From Desulfosudaceae bacterium (lineage in GTDB: Bacteria; Desulfobacterota; Desulfobacteria; Desulfobacterales; Desulfosudaceae), in the NCBI GenBank assembly GCA_963674745.2, contig CAXXDV010000001.1, positions 2,112,001 through 2,176,000 on the forward strand: 64,000 nt of DNA, written 5' to 3'. Of the stretch, positions 47,141 to 59,476 are shown piece by piece. Below the pieces are notes generated by a model, which had not been told where the DNA came from, did not search any database, and saw nothing but the letters and a program-made list of their open reading frames with translations. Position 1 is the stretch's first letter, and every line of letters begins with the position of its first letter. The position numbers and the translations under genes were made by a program.

Positions 47141-48946
47141 TCAACGCTCGGTCTGCCCCCGCATTTCTTCGATCTTTTCATTGTAAAAGCCGATGACTTC
47201 CTTGCGGCGGATCATTCCCAGCAGTTTGTCCGGGGCGTCTTCTTCCACTACCGGCAGGGCGTCGATGTTCTTGATGGTGAATTTTTTCATCACCTCGTTC
47301 AGGTCTTCGTCCAGCGTCGTCCTTATGATATCGGGTGTGGCAATATCGCTGACCACCACCAGGTTATCCATATCGGCATCAAACAGGATTTTGCGGATAT
47401 CCGTGTTGGAGAAAATGCCGGTCAATCGATCATGTTTGTCGACTACCGGAAAATATTGCTGGTTGGTACTGGTGAAAAACATTTTAAAAGCGGCCAGGCT
47501 CATGGACTCCGGCACGGTTAAAACCGGCTTGATCTGATCTCTCATGTCGCTGACTTTGGTCGTCTGGAGAAGATCGACAAAAAATTCTCCGGCATGGGCC
47601 GGTGAAGCGGCTTTGTTTAAAACCTGTTTCTGGTAAATGGTCCATCTCCAGGAAAGCTGGTAACAGAGGATACAGACCAGAAGCGCCGGCAGGAGCATCT
47701 GGTAGGAATTGGTCATTTCCGCCACAAAAATAATGGTTGAAATAGGGGCATTGGAAACAGCGGTGAAAAACCCGGCCATGCCCAGGACGACCATGGTCCC
47801 CGGAACCTGAATCAGGTTGGGGGCGATATTATGAAAAAACTGGCCGACGGCCCCGCCCAACGCGCCGCCGATAACCACCGACGGGCCGAAAACACCGCCA
47901 CTGCCGCCGGAACTGATCGTAAAAGACGTCGTCAGGATTTTGCCGAAGGCGATTGCCAGCAACAAAAAGATGCTGATTTCATTAAACAGGGCCTGCTGTA
48001 AAACGCCATAGCCGAAGGAGAGCGTCTCCGGAAGATAAAAACCGATGATGCCGGTAACCAGGCCGCCGATGGCCGGTTTAAAGTGGTGGGGGATATTGAT
48101 TTTCTGAAAAATACTGCCCACACCGTAAAAACATTTGACGTACAGAAAGCTGACACCGGATAGAATGACCGCCAGAATAATATAGGGGCCCAGTTCGGCC
48201 GGGTTGGTAAAATGATAAGCCGGAGAGGAAAAAAGGGCTCCCCAGCCGAAGACCAGGCAGAACAGGCAGTAGGCGACAACCGAAGCGACGCCGGATGGGA
48301 TCAGCACTTCCCCTTCAAAGTCGGGCCCCCGGTATAATACTTCCGAGGCGAAAAGGGCCCCTGCCAGGGGGGCCCGGAAAATACTGCCGACACCGGCACC
48401 GATACCGGCGGCCAGCATGATACGTCGCTGACGGTCCGAAAGTTTCAGCCGGGTCGCCAGAAAGGAGCCGAAACCGGCTCCGATCTGGGCAATGGGGCCT
48501 TCCCGGCCGCCGGAGCCGCCGGTGGTCAGGGTAATAACAGAGGCGATGGTTTTGACAACCGGTACTCGTTTTCTGATCAAACCGCCTTTATTGTGATAAG
48601 CATCGATGGCGGCGTCGGTTCCGTGGCCTTCGGCTTCAGGTGCGAAGGTGTAAACCACCCAGCCGCTGACGATTCCCCCCAGAGCCGGCAGAAAGAGCAG
48701 CACCCAGCGGTTGAAGGCGGTGGCCGTTTCCGCGAACAGACGCGGCTCATTGGCCGGTCCGGGGGGGTGGTACCCGGCCAGGCCGTCCATAAAAAAATGC
48801 ATACCAAGTTCGCACAGCAGCTGAAAGATGATGGAACCGGTACCGGCGATGAGGCCGATGATGACGAAATAAACCAGGTTGATGGATTTTGATTTTCTCA
48901 AAGAAAACATTGGTTTATTGAGAAATGAGCGAAACGGAGAAGCCAT
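47141..48946 (-). CDS. ClC chloride channel/antiporter with C-terminal CBS domains
   Basis: GHG, GREGP, GVFGP motifs and a CBS pair. Confidence 0.93.
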   Translation of the reverse strand: MASPFRSFLNKPMFSLRKSKSINLVYFVIIGLIAGTGSIIFQLLCELGMHFFMDGLAGYHPPGPANEPRLFAETATAFNRWVLLFLPALGGIVSGWVVYTFAPEAEGHGTDAAIDAYHNKGGLIRKRVPVVKTIASVITLTTGGSGGREGPIAQIGAGFGSFLATRLKLSDRQRRIMLAAGIGAGVGSIFRAPLAGALFASEVLYRGPDFEGEVLIPSGVASVVAYCLFCLVFGWGALFSSPAYHFTNPAELGPYIILAVILSGVSFLYVKCFYGVGSIFQKINIPHHFKPAIGGLVTGIIGFYLPETLSFGYGVLQQALFNEISIFLLLAIAFGKILTTSFTISSGGSGGVFGPSVVIGGALGGAVGQFFHNIAPNLIQVPGTMVVLGMAGFFTAVSNAPISTIIFVAEMTNSYQMLLPALLVCILCYQLSWRWTIYQKQVLNKAASPAHAGEFFVDLLQTTKVSDMRDQIKPVLTVPESMSLAAFKMFFTSTNQQYFPVVDKHDRLTGIFSNTDIRKILFDADMDNLVVVSDIATPDIIRTTLDEDLNEVMKKFTIKNIDALPVVEEDAPDKLLGMIRRKEVIGFYNEKIEEMRGQTER

Positions 48947-48981
48947 TGAATCGGGTCGCGACCTTTTATCGGTTTATCGGG

Positions 48982-49812
48982 TTAATAATTTCTTTTCAGC
49001 TCCGGTCCGGTCAAAAGCAGGCTGTTGGGGAAAGTGGATTGAACATTCTCAGCCGTACTTCCCAGAAGCATGTCTTTAATCGTTTCGTGTCCGTAAATTC
49101 CCATAACAATCAGGGCGTCATGGGGAATGTCATAAAGATTGTCAACAAAGTCGCCCTGATCATAAACGTGCCAGGTCCTAAGGGTTGAATCAAGACGCTG
49201 ACCCAAATCGTGATCTTCGATAATACGCCGGTAATCATTCTGGCCGTTGCTGTTTTCCAACTGCGTGAACATATCCAGGGGGAAGCCGCTGATTTCGGCG
49301 ATTTTGACCGCCATGCGCAATGCCTTGATGCTGCTTTCGGAACTGCCGAAGAGAACCGCCACACTTTTCCATTTTTTAAAAGATTGAGCCGGAATCAGCA
49401 CGGCAAAAGACGCCTGTTTTAATATGGCCCTGACTTTAGAGCCGATGTGTCCCAGGCCGATTTTGGTGGACAGGTCGCTGATAATACGGGGGCAGGTCAT
49501 AAAGGCGAAATCGGTCGAAAGGTCCGGCAGATTGGAGGCGGTATAAGCTTCCGGTTCCAGAAATTGAGCGGTAAAACCGAAATCATCCAGAATCGCCTCG
49601 GCATGTTCTCTGGCGGTTTCCGTTTGCTTGTAGTAAGAGGCATCCATGTCCACTTCGACGCTCGAATGCTCAAAATAAAACAGAAATTTCTTCATTTTTG
49701 GGATATACACATGAAGGTCAAGTTGCATTTTTCTGGCAAAGTAAATGGAATGGAGAAAGGTTTCCCGACCGAAAGGGGTGTTGCGAAAGATATGCAGATG
49801 GCTGTTTTGCAC
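48982..49812 (-). CDS. Universal stress protein family (tandem USP-like), probably co-transcribed with ClC
   Basis: C-terminal 'LIVMGIYGH..IKDMLLGSTAENV'. Confidence 0.8.
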   Translation of the reverse strand: MQNSHLHIFRNTPFGRETFLHSIYFARKMQLDLHVYIPKMKKFLFYFEHSSVEVDMDASYYKQTETAREHAEAILDDFGFTAQFLEPEAYTASNLPDLSTDFAFMTCPRIISDLSTKIGLGHIGSKVRAILKQASFAVLIPAQSFKKWKSVAVLFGSSESSIKALRMAVKIAEISGFPLDMFTQLENSNGQNDYRRIIEDHDLGQRLDSTLRTWHVYDQGDFVDNLYDIPHDALIVMGIYGHETIKDMLLGSTAENVQSTFPNSLLLTGPELKRNY

Positions 49813-50092
49813 GACGCATTCCTTAATAAATCGGTATTTTTTTCTTCCCGGAAGAAGCGGCCGGGTATTTTTGGTGTCAGGTTATTCTTAGCATGATTTT
49901 TGTAAAAATAAAACGGGAAATATGTCCTGCTGCATGGCGCGCGCAAGAATGACGCCGGTTTTCGAAAGTTTTTCCTTGCAAATTCCGGCTGTTTGTTTAA
50001 ATAATAAAAACAAGGGATTCAAAAAAACGGGGCATTCGGGACATTTCTGCTCACGGCGGCAAAAAACAACCGTACCGAGAGGAAACCGGAGA

Positions 50093-50998
50093 ATGCAGGT
50101 AGAAGATTTTAAAAAAGTATTGATTATCGGCGCCGGGACCATGGGGCAGCAGATCGGTTTTTTGTGTGCCATGAAAGGCTTTGATACGATAATATACGAT
50201 CTTTCTCAGGATGTTCTGGATCATTCCCGGACGCGCCTGACGCGTCTGGCGGAAAAGTTTGTCACCCGCCGTCATATCGACGACCGGCAGGCCCGACAGG
50301 CGCTTGACCGCGTTTTTTTCAGTCATGATGCCGCTCAGGCCGCAGACGGTGTTGACTTTGTCAGTGAATCGGTTTACGAGGATGTTGATCTTAAATGCCG
50401 GGTCTTTGAAACGTTTCACCCCTTGTGTCCCCCCGCTGCTGTTTTTACGACCAATTCGTCGTCCCTGATTCCATCCATGATAGCCGATGCCACCGGGCGG
50501 CCGGAAAAATTTGCGGCTTTTCATTTTCATAATACCCTGACCTCTGTGGTGGTGGATATCATGCCCCATCCGGGTACCGCTCCAGAGACCGTAACGCTTA
50601 TCGAGGCATTTGCCCGCCGTCTGGGGCAAAGACCTATTTTAGTGAACAAGGAAAATCATGGTTATGTTTTCAATGCCATGCTGATGAATTTATGTGATAC
50701 CGCACTTTATCTGGCGGCCGGGGGGATCGCGACCATTGAGGATATCGATCGTTCCTGGATGGGCGTCATGAATGCCGGGGTCGGCCCCTTTGGCATTATG
50801 GATTCCATCGGACTGGATACCACTTTGAAGGTCAATGAAGTATGGGCCAGCCAGTTAAATGATCCCCGGGCCATCAGTAACGTGATGTTTTTGAAAAAAT
50901 ATGTCTCTGCGGGAAAATTGGGGACCAAGTCCGGAGAGGGCTTCTACAAGTACCCCGACCCGGCTTTTCAGCGGGCGGATTTTATGTTTCCCGGGTAA
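50093..50998 (+). CDS. 3-hydroxyacyl-CoA dehydrogenase family protein
   Basis: GAGTMG, ESVYE..DLK, NSSS, HF, GPF..MD.IGLD, GKLG.KSGEGFY. Confidence 0.92.
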   Translation: MQVEDFKKVLIIGAGTMGQQIGFLCAMKGFDTIIYDLSQDVLDHSRTRLTRLAEKFVTRRHIDDRQARQALDRVFFSHDAAQAADGVDFVSESVYEDVDLKCRVFETFHPLCPPAAVFTTNSSSLIPSMIADATGRPEKFAAFHFHNTLTSVVVDIMPHPGTAPETVTLIEAFARRLGQRPILVNKENHGYVFNAMLMNLCDTALYLAAGGIATIEDIDRSWMGVMNAGVGPFGIMDSIGLDTTLKVNEVWASQLNDPRAISNVMFLKKYVSAGKLGTKSGEGFYKYPDPAFQRADFMFPG

Positions 50999-51086
50999 AT
51001 GCGTTGTTTTGCCGGACCTGCCGTGTTTGCCGCCGGCGTCAAACCGGTTCAGCTGATAACGGATAATTATATTAACGGATGATGCG

Positions 51087-53357
51087 ATGATGACAAGACG
51101 AATTGATCGGTTAACGGTTTTCTTTCTGTTTCTGGCCGCTATGGCTGCTTGCTTCTGCTGTCTTTCTCCGGTTCAAGCGGCACCGGTTCCCGTTGTACTT
51201 GATGAAAACACCAGTACGGTTTTTTTCGGTGATCAGGCTGAATATTTTGAGGACACGAGCAGAAAGAGGACGTTATCGGATATGCTGAGCAACGAGATCG
51301 AGTGGACGCAATCCGATAAAAAGGCTTTGAATTTCGGTTTTACTTCCTCGGCCTACTGGTTCCGGTTCACGGTTGTCAATACCCTGCAACAGACAGAGAA
51401 CTGGTATTTCACCATCTCTTATCCTCTCTTGAACCATGTTGAAATCTTTGTGCCGCAATCCGGGGGGTTTTATCCCCCGCCCATAAAAGGCGGTACCGGT
51501 TATCCCTTTTACACCCGTGAAGTTCAGGACAAAGATCTTGTCTTCCTCATGAAACAACCGCCCGGTTCCCGGACGTATCTGGTCCGGATAGAAACGGCCA
51601 CCTCCCTGAATTTTGAGCCGACCTTGAAAACACACGGTGCGTATCTGCATAAGATCAACAAGGTTTATCCCGTGTTCTGGCTTTATTACGGTGCCCTGCT
51701 GATCATGATCATCTATAACCTGGTGCTGTTCATCCTGATCAGGGAAAGAAGTTATATTTACCTGGTGCTGTTCATCATTGCTTATATCCTCTTTCAATTC
51801 ACATTAAACGGTTTTTCCATGCAGTATCTCTGGCCCAATGCCGTCTGGTGGGCCAACAACTGCCTGCCGACGTTCATGTGCCTGGCGATTGTGTTCATCA
51901 CCTTGTTTCTGCGGTCTTTTCTTAATATAAGAGAGCTTTATCCGGGGAGCCTGGCAGACAGGACCTGGAAGTACATTATTCTGTGGCCGACGGCCGCTTC
52001 TTCCATTCTTCTGCTTCCCCTCCCCTACAGATTCAGTATCATTGCCGCCATCATCCTGATCATCATCATGACCATCGTCCTTGTTGTCTCGGGGGCCATG
52101 ACCGTTGGTATAACCCGTAATTCCAGGTTTGTCGCCATCAGCTGCGGTTTTTTGTTTATCGGTGTGCTGGTGTACTGTTTTAAAACATTCGGTTTGCTGC
52201 CGGTAAATCCCTTTACGGAATGGAGCGTTATGGTCGGGTCGGCCATGTTTGTGGCCCTGCTTTCGGTCGGGCTGGCCGACCGGATTACCGCTTTAAAAGA
52301 CGAGCTGTTGTCTTCCAACGCCAATATTTCAGTGATGCTGGAAAGTATTTCCCAGGAAGCGGTGGATATAACCGAAGATATCAAGCGCAGCCGGGAGGAG
52401 GAAATCGGCGAGGTGCTGAATATGCGGTTCAGCACGTTCATGAGCAAGTTCAAGGAACTGGTGGATGAAGTGGTCGACAGTATGGGCGCTTTGAATCAGG
52501 CCTCCGGGCATTTATCCGAGCTGTCGGAAAAAATGACCACGCAGACCGGCGAGATGTCCGCTAATGCGGATTCCGTGGCCCTGGCTTCGGAAGAGATGAG
52601 CCGCCGCATGACCAGCATCGCGGGTACCATGGAACAGACGTCTCAGAATGTTTCCCTGATCGCGTCGTCAATAGAAGAAATGACGTCTACGGTCGATGAA
52701 ATCACCAGCAACACGGAAACCGCCAGAAACATTACGGCAAACGCGGTGGGGCAGGCGGGGAATGTTTCGCAGAAGCTGGATACCTTGAACTCGGCGGCCA
52801 GCAGTATTGGATCCGTGACGGAGGTAATTACCGAGATATCCAAAAAAACGAATCTGCTGGCTTTGAATGCCACCATTGAGGCGGCCAGGGCAGGTGAAGC
52901 AGGTAAGGGCTTCGCGGTCGTGGCCAATGAAATCAAGGATCTGGCCAAGCAGACGGCCAGCGCTACTCAGCAGATCATTAAACAGATTGATGATAATAAG
53001 GATATCACCACCGAAGCGGTTGAAGAAATCGGACGTATTATCACCGTCATCAACAGTGTCGATGAGATCGTCTCCACTATTGCCACATCCATCGAGGAAC
53101 AGTCCACATCCACCAGGGAGATCGCCAGCAATGTATCTCAGATATCCCAGGGCGTTTCCGAGGTCAACAAGAGTGTCGCTCAGTACTCGACGGTGTCGAA
53201 GGATGTTTCGAACAAGGTCGTTTCTTTAAGCGGTCATTCCCAGCAGATGAATGAGGACAGTCAACAGGTCAAGGACCGCGCCGATGAGCTGCGTAAAATG
53301 GCGGCGAATATTACAGCGTTGATGGGCCGGTTCAAGATAAAGGAGACTGGCCCATGA
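51087..53357 (+). CDS. Methyl-accepting chemotaxis protein with 7TMR-DISM extracellular and 7TM domains
   Basis: '[13 protein letters not shown]', 'YNLVLF...RERSYIY', 'QYLWPN', 'LADRI', followed by [30 protein letters not shown]. Confidence 0.92.
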   Translation: MMTRRIDRLTVFFLFLAAMAACFCCLSPVQAAPVPVVLDENTSTVFFGDQAEYFEDTSRKRTLSDMLSNEIEWTQSDKKALNFGFTSSAYWFRFTVVNTLQQTENWYFTISYPLLNHVEIFVPQSGGFYPPPIKGGTGYPFYTREVQDKDLVFLMKQPPGSRTYLVRIETATSLNFEPTLKTHGAYLHKINKVYPVFWLYYGALLIMIIYNLVLFILIRERSYIYLVLFIIAYILFQFTLNGFSMQYLWPNAVWWANNCLPTFMCLAIVFITLFLRSFLNIRELYPGSLADRTWKYIILWPTAASSILLLPLPYRFSIIAAIILIIIMTIVLVVSGAMTVGITRNSRFVAISCGFLFIGVLVYCFKTFGLLPVNPFTEWSVMVGSAMFVALLSVGLADRITALKDELLSSNANISVMLESISQEAVDITEDIKRSREEEIGEVLNMRFSTFMSKFKELVDEVVDSMGALNQASGHLSELSEKMTTQTGEMSANADSVALASEEMSRRMTSIAGTMEQTSQNVSLIASSIEEMTSTVDEITSNTETARNITANAVGQAGNVSQKLDTLNSAASSIGSVTEVITEISKKTNLLALNATIEAARAGEAGKGFAVVANEIKDLAKQTASATQQIIKQIDDNKDITTEAVEEIGRIITVINSVDEIVSTIATSIEEQSTSTREIASNVSQISQGVSEVNKSVAQYSTVSKDVSNKVVSLSGHSQQMNEDSQQVKDRADELRKMAANITALMGRFKIKETGP

Positions 53358-53884
53358 CGACATCACTGTCACTGATCGAAACACTCAGACAAAGAAGAAG
53401 TATCAGAAGATATCAGGACCAACCGATCCCTCCGGATGCATTGGAGGTACTAAAAGAAGCGCTGTTGCGATCTCCGTCATCCCGGGAGATCCGGCCCTGG
53501 TCATTTGTTCTGGTCGAGGATAAGGATCTGCTGGACAAGTTGTCGAAGGCCAAGCCCCATGGCGCGGGTTTTTTAAAAGGCGCCGGTCTGGGAATCGTTG
53601 TCTGCGGAGACAGCACCCGGTCAGATGTCTGGATCGAAGACTGTTCCATTGCCGCCGTGATCGCGCATCTGACCGCCACTTCGCTGGGGCTGGGAAGCTG
53701 CTGGATCCAGATCCGTGAGCGGCATTATGATGACGCCACGACCGCCGAAGCGTACGTCCGGAAGCTGCTTTCCCTGCCGGAACATATCAACGTCCTGGCG
53801 ATTGTTGCCGTGGGTTACGGGGCGGAAGAAAAAGCCGGCGTGCCTTTTGAAGACCTGCCCACCGATAAATTCACCAACGTTTAG
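53354..53884 (+). CDS. Nitroreductase family protein
   Basis: RRSIRRY, SPSS, LGSCWIQ. Confidence 0.92.
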   Translation: MTTSLSLIETLRQRRSIRRYQDQPIPPDALEVLKEALLRSPSSREIRPWSFVLVEDKDLLDKLSKAKPHGAGFLKGAGLGIVVCGDSTRSDVWIEDCSIAAVIAHLTATSLGLGSCWIQIRERHYDDATTAEAYVRKLLSLPEHINVLAIVAVGYGAEEKAGVPFEDLPTDKFTNV

Positions 53885-53918
53885 ATTTGTTCAGTCTTTT
53901 ATTGACGAGTGCGCTGGA

Positions 53919-54063
53919 GTAGGGGCACCCCCCTGTGGGTGCCCTCTTGCCGGGCAGGCACGGGGGCCTGCCCCTACATTATTCATGAACATCCTCCACG
54001 ACCCGTAGGGGCACCCCCCTGTGGGTGCCCTCTTGCCCGGCGGCCACAGGGGGCCGCCCCTAC
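53919..54063. repeat. GTAG-type REP/REPIN cluster 6 (two REPIN doublets)
   Basis: GTAGGGGCACCCCCCTGTGGGTGCCCTCTTGCC...GCCCCTAC at 53919-53977 and 54005-54063. Confidence 0.92.
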
Positions 54064-54073
54064 GACAGGCGGG

Positions 54074-56026
<1,953 letters not shown>

Positions 56027-56034
56027 AAATTCAC

Positions 56035-56670
56035 CTATTCGTAGAGCACTGCCAGAATAACCGCCTTGCCATGACTGGCCGTGACCAGATGGGGTACGGT
56101 GGATTTATAATAGACACTGTCTCCCGGCTCCAGTTCGTAAGTCTCGTCGTTGATCAGCAGCCTGACATGGCCTTCCAGTACGTGGATGAATTCTTCGCCG
56201 TCATGCACCGAGGGCTTTCCCAGCGGGCTTTCTTCCAGGTGGACGATCAGGGGCTCCATGTGCCGGTCTTTGACATGACTGCCCAGGCTGGAATAGCTGT
56301 AAACTTTTTTCTGCCCGTCCGTGGCCGAACGTTCCACCGGGGTGCCGGATTTTTTGCGGGTGATCTCAAACGGTTTGTCCCCCTCACCGGAGAGCAGTTT
56401 GCCGAAGACGGTGTCCAGGGCCCGGGAAAGTTTCATTAAAGCCCCGAGCTGGGGCTGAGCGGTCCCGTTTTCATAAGCCGCCAGTTCGTCGCTGGTGCAG
56501 CCGGTAGCTTCAGCCAACGCTTCTAAGGTAACGCCCTTTTCCGTGCGCAGGCGTTTGATACGGTCACCGACCCGGTCTTCTTTTGTGGTCGATCCGTCGT
56601 TATCAATTTCGCCGGTTAAATCTTCAAAATAATCAACGTTGATGTGAGGCGGTTCGTTTGGTTTATCCAT
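56035..56670 (-). CDS. XRE-family HTH-cupin transcriptional regulator
   Basis: HTH 'IKRLR..KGVTLEALA...YENG' and cupin 'HDGEEFIHVLEG...PGDS.Y..S.VPH'. Confidence 0.9.
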   Translation of the reverse strand: MDKPNEPPHINVDYFEDLTGEIDNDGSTTKEDRVGDRIKRLRTEKGVTLEALAEATGCTSDELAAYENGTAQPQLGALMKLSRALDTVFGKLLSGEGDKPFEITRKKSGTPVERSATDGQKKVYSYSSLGSHVKDRHMEPLIVHLEESPLGKPSVHDGEEFIHVLEGHVRLLINDETYELEPGDSVYYKSTVPHLVTASHGKAVILAVLYE

Positions 56671-56774
56671 GGTTCTGGTCCTTTCGTTGCTTCCCGGTGG
56701 AATCGTTTTGATTCATCTCCCGATTGGTTGTGGTAAACAAATTGTATAATGTTCAGCGAAGTCGATAACCAGCA

Positions 56775-56808
56775 CTCGAACCCTCGACACCTTGAATCCT
56801 TGAACCCT
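56775..56808. repeat. 8-mer tract (CTYGAMNC)x4
   Basis: ctcgaacc ctcgacac cttgaatc cttgaacc; same unit as 59417-59474. Confidence 0.8.
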
Positions 56809-56814
56809 GTTTTT

Positions 56815-57963
56815 TTAACACCCGATATAACGGGAGATCACCAGTCTCTGAATTTCCGAAGTGCCTTCTCCGATATCCAGCAGCTTCTGGTCGCGGTAAA
56901 AGCGTTCCACATGATAATCTTTCATCAGGCCGTAGCCGCCGTGAATCTGCACGGCCCGGTCAACCACCCGGCCCATGGTTTCAGAACAGTAGAGCTTGGC
57001 CATGGCCGCTTCCTTGGCGAATGGCAGCTTGTTGTCCCGCAACCAGCAGGCCTTATAGAGCAGGTTCCTGGCGCACTCGATTTCGGTGGCACTGTCCGCC
57101 AGCTTAAAGGCAATGGCCTGGAATTTGCTGATGGGCTGGCCGAATTGATGCCGTTCACGAGCGTATTTCAGGGCCAGTTCATAGGCACCGTCCGCGCCGC
57201 CCAGGCCCATGGCACCGATGGACAACCGCCCCCCGTCCAGGGTGGCCAGCATCTGGTGAAAACCATCTCCTTTTTTACCCAGCAGATTGCCGGCCGGTAC
57301 CCGCACGTCTTTGAAATAGAGCTCGGCCGTGTTGGAGGCGCGCCACATCATTTTACCGTGCATGGGAACGGCCTCAAATCCCGGCGTCCCGTGTTCGACA
57401 ATGAAACAGCTGTATTCGGGCTTGCCGTTGTCGCGGACACCCGTGATGGCCTGAACGGTCACGCCCAGGGACATGTCGCAGGCGGCATTGGTGATAAAAA
57501 TCTTGGACCCGTTGATGACCCACTCGTTACCGTCCTGGACGGCGTTGGTCTTGCTGCCACCGGCGTCCGATCCGGCCGAGGGTTCGGTCAAACCGAATCC
57601 CCATAAACCTTCACCCCGGCACAGTTTGGGCAGGTATTTTTTTTTCTGTTCCTCGCTGCCGAAATAATAAAGCGGGCCGATGCCCAATGAATTCCCGGCG
57701 GCAATGGTGGCCGCCTGGGAGCCGTCCACTTTGGCGATTTCTTCAACGGCAATGATGTAAGAAAGATAGTCCATGGCCTGGCCCTGATACGGGTCGGACA
57801 CAAACATGCCAAGCAGGCCGATCTCACCCATTTTACGGGTCAGCTCCACAGAAAAAGTTTCCTTTTCATCAAGCTCGCCGGCAACCGGCGCGATTTCAGC
57901 CCTGGCAAAGGCGCGGACTTCCTTGCGGATCATTGCCTGTTCTCTGGAAAGTTCGAAATTCAT
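56815..57963 (-). CDS. Acyl-CoA dehydrogenase (short/branched-chain type)
   Basis: LTEPSAGSD, NGSKIFITN, GRLSIG, RHQFG, QIHGGYG, IGEGTSEIQR. Confidence 0.95.
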   Translation of the reverse strand: MNFELSREQAMIRKEVRAFARAEIAPVAGELDEKETFSVELTRKMGEIGLLGMFVSDPYQGQAMDYLSYIIAVEEIAKVDGSQAATIAAGNSLGIGPLYYFGSEEQKKKYLPKLCRGEGLWGFGLTEPSAGSDAGGSKTNAVQDGNEWVINGSKIFITNAACDMSLGVTVQAITGVRDNGKPEYSCFIVEHGTPGFEAVPMHGKMMWRASNTAELYFKDVRVPAGNLLGKKGDGFHQMLATLDGGRLSIGAMGLGGADGAYELALKYARERHQFGQPISKFQAIAFKLADSATEIECARNLLYKACWLRDNKLPFAKEAAMAKLYCSETMGRVVDRAVQIHGGYGLMKDYHVERFYRDQKLLDIGEGTSEIQRLVISRYIGC

Positions 57964-58025
57964 GTTCCCCCGGCTTTCTGTCTGTTGAAAGGCGTTTTAC
58001 GGCTATGCGTTTGAAAGGAGTTCAT

Positions 58026-58074
58026 TTATTGAATCAGATTCAATAATATTAAAAGAGGACCGCTTTTTTGTCAA
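58026..58074 (-). promoter_or_regulatory. Sigma70 promoter TTGACA-N17-TAATAT with a palindromic operator over the start site
   Basis: Plus-strand tgtcaa (58069-58074) and atatta (58046-58051); perfect inverted repeat ttattgaatc-a-gattcaataa (58026-58046). Confidence 0.75.
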
Positions 58075-58179
58075 GATTTTTCATGACATAAGACCTGAAA
58101 ATGACGCGTTGAATTTGTTTGATTGTTTCACCTTATCCCTGCTATTTTATCAGGAAACAAACAAGGGGGAGGGCGAACC

Positions 58180-59292
58180 ATGACGGACAGGATGCGCATA
58201 GCCATTAATACCGGCGGCGGGGACGCGCCGGGCTTGAACGCGGTCATTGAGGCGGTGGTGTTATCGGCCTGGAACCGTAACTGGGAAGTGTACGGTATCC
58301 GCCAGGGATATCACGGCCTGCTCGACACGGACGACATTTTCCAGTTGACCCCGGACAAAGTGAGAAATATTTCCAGTGTCGGCGGCACCATTCTGGGAAC
58401 GACCAACAAGGGTAACCCTTTTGAGATGCCCGTGGAGAATGCGGCCGGAGAAATCGTGCTGCGTGATGTTTCTGATCGGGTGGTGTCTAATTTTAACCGG
58501 CTGGGTTTCGACTGCCTGATTGCCGTTGGCGGAGACGGCAGCCTGGAGATCGCCCATAAATTTTTCCAGAAAGGCATCCCTGTCATTGGTGTGCCAAAGA
58601 CCATCGATAATGATATGGGCGGCACCGTCATTACCTTCGGGTTTGATACGGCTGTCAGCATCGCCACCGAGGCGATTGATCGCCTGCATTCAACGGCCAA
58701 GTCTCACGAACGGGTCATGGTGGTCGAAGTCATGGGACGGCATGCCGGATGGATCGCCTTGAACAGCGGTATCTCGGGCGGTGCCAGGGCCATTCTGATT
58801 CCGGAAATCCCTTTTGATATTGATGTCGTCTGCGAACATATCATGGCCGAAGAACTCCAGGGAACCCGATATGCCATCGTTGTGGTGGCCGAAGGGGCCA
58901 AGCCCGTTGGCGGTAAAATCGTTCATCAGGGCAGTGGTGAAGAAGGCCGGCAGGATGTTTTGCTGGGCGGTATCGGAAAAACAGTGGCCGAAGCCATCAG
59001 CAAAAAAACCGGAAAAGACACCCGATTTCTGGTTCTCGGACATCTTCAGCGGGGCGGCTCCCCCACAACTTTTGACCGTCTGCTGGCGTTGCGGTTCGGT
59101 GCGGCCGCCATCCGGCTGGTCGAGGAGAAAAAATTCGGCCGCATGGTAGCCCTGGCCCCGCCGAATATTGACTCGGTACCGCTGGAAGAGGTCATCGGCG
59201 CCATCCGGGGGGTGCCCCTGGACAGCGACGCCCTTCAGACCGCCCGGGATATCGGTATTACCTTTGGTGAACCCGACCCGGATATTGCATGA
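58180..59292 (+). CDS. pfkA: 6-phosphofructokinase (GGDG + PKTIDND type, probably ATP-dependent)
   Basis: TGGGDAPG, GGTILGT, GGDGS, PKTIDND, EVMGR, LGHLQRGG; RBS GGAGG. Confidence 0.93.
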   Translation: MTDRMRIAINTGGGDAPGLNAVIEAVVLSAWNRNWEVYGIRQGYHGLLDTDDIFQLTPDKVRNISSVGGTILGTTNKGNPFEMPVENAAGEIVLRDVSDRVVSNFNRLGFDCLIAVGGDGSLEIAHKFFQKGIPVIGVPKTIDNDMGGTVITFGFDTAVSIATEAIDRLHSTAKSHERVMVVEVMGRHAGWIALNSGISGGARAILIPEIPFDIDVVCEHIMAEELQGTRYAIVVVAEGAKPVGGKIVHQGSGEEGRQDVLLGGIGKTVAEAISKKTGKDTRFLVLGHLQRGGSPTTFDRLLALRFGAAAIRLVEEKKFGRMVALAPPNIDSVPLEEVIGAIRGVPLDSDALQTARDIGITFGEPDPDIA

Positions 59293-59349
59293 GTTTTTCC
59301 GAGCAAAGAAAATAAAATGATTAGGGCTTTTCTTCAAATTCGTGGGTGC

Positions 59350-59474
59350 CAAGGATTCTAGGATTCAAGGAGGTGTCCATTCAGACGTTCGTCTGGTTTT
59401 TATTTATAGTAGTTTACTTGACCCTTCGACCCTTCGACCCCTCGACCCCTTGAATCCTTGAATCCTTGAACCCT
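59350..59474. repeat. Inverted 8-mer arms: G-rich caaggattctaggattcaagg and C-rich (YTYGAMYC)x7
   Basis: 59350-59370 is complementary to the cttgaatc units in 59417-59474; lies between convergent genes. Confidence 0.82.
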
Positions 59475-59476
59475 TT

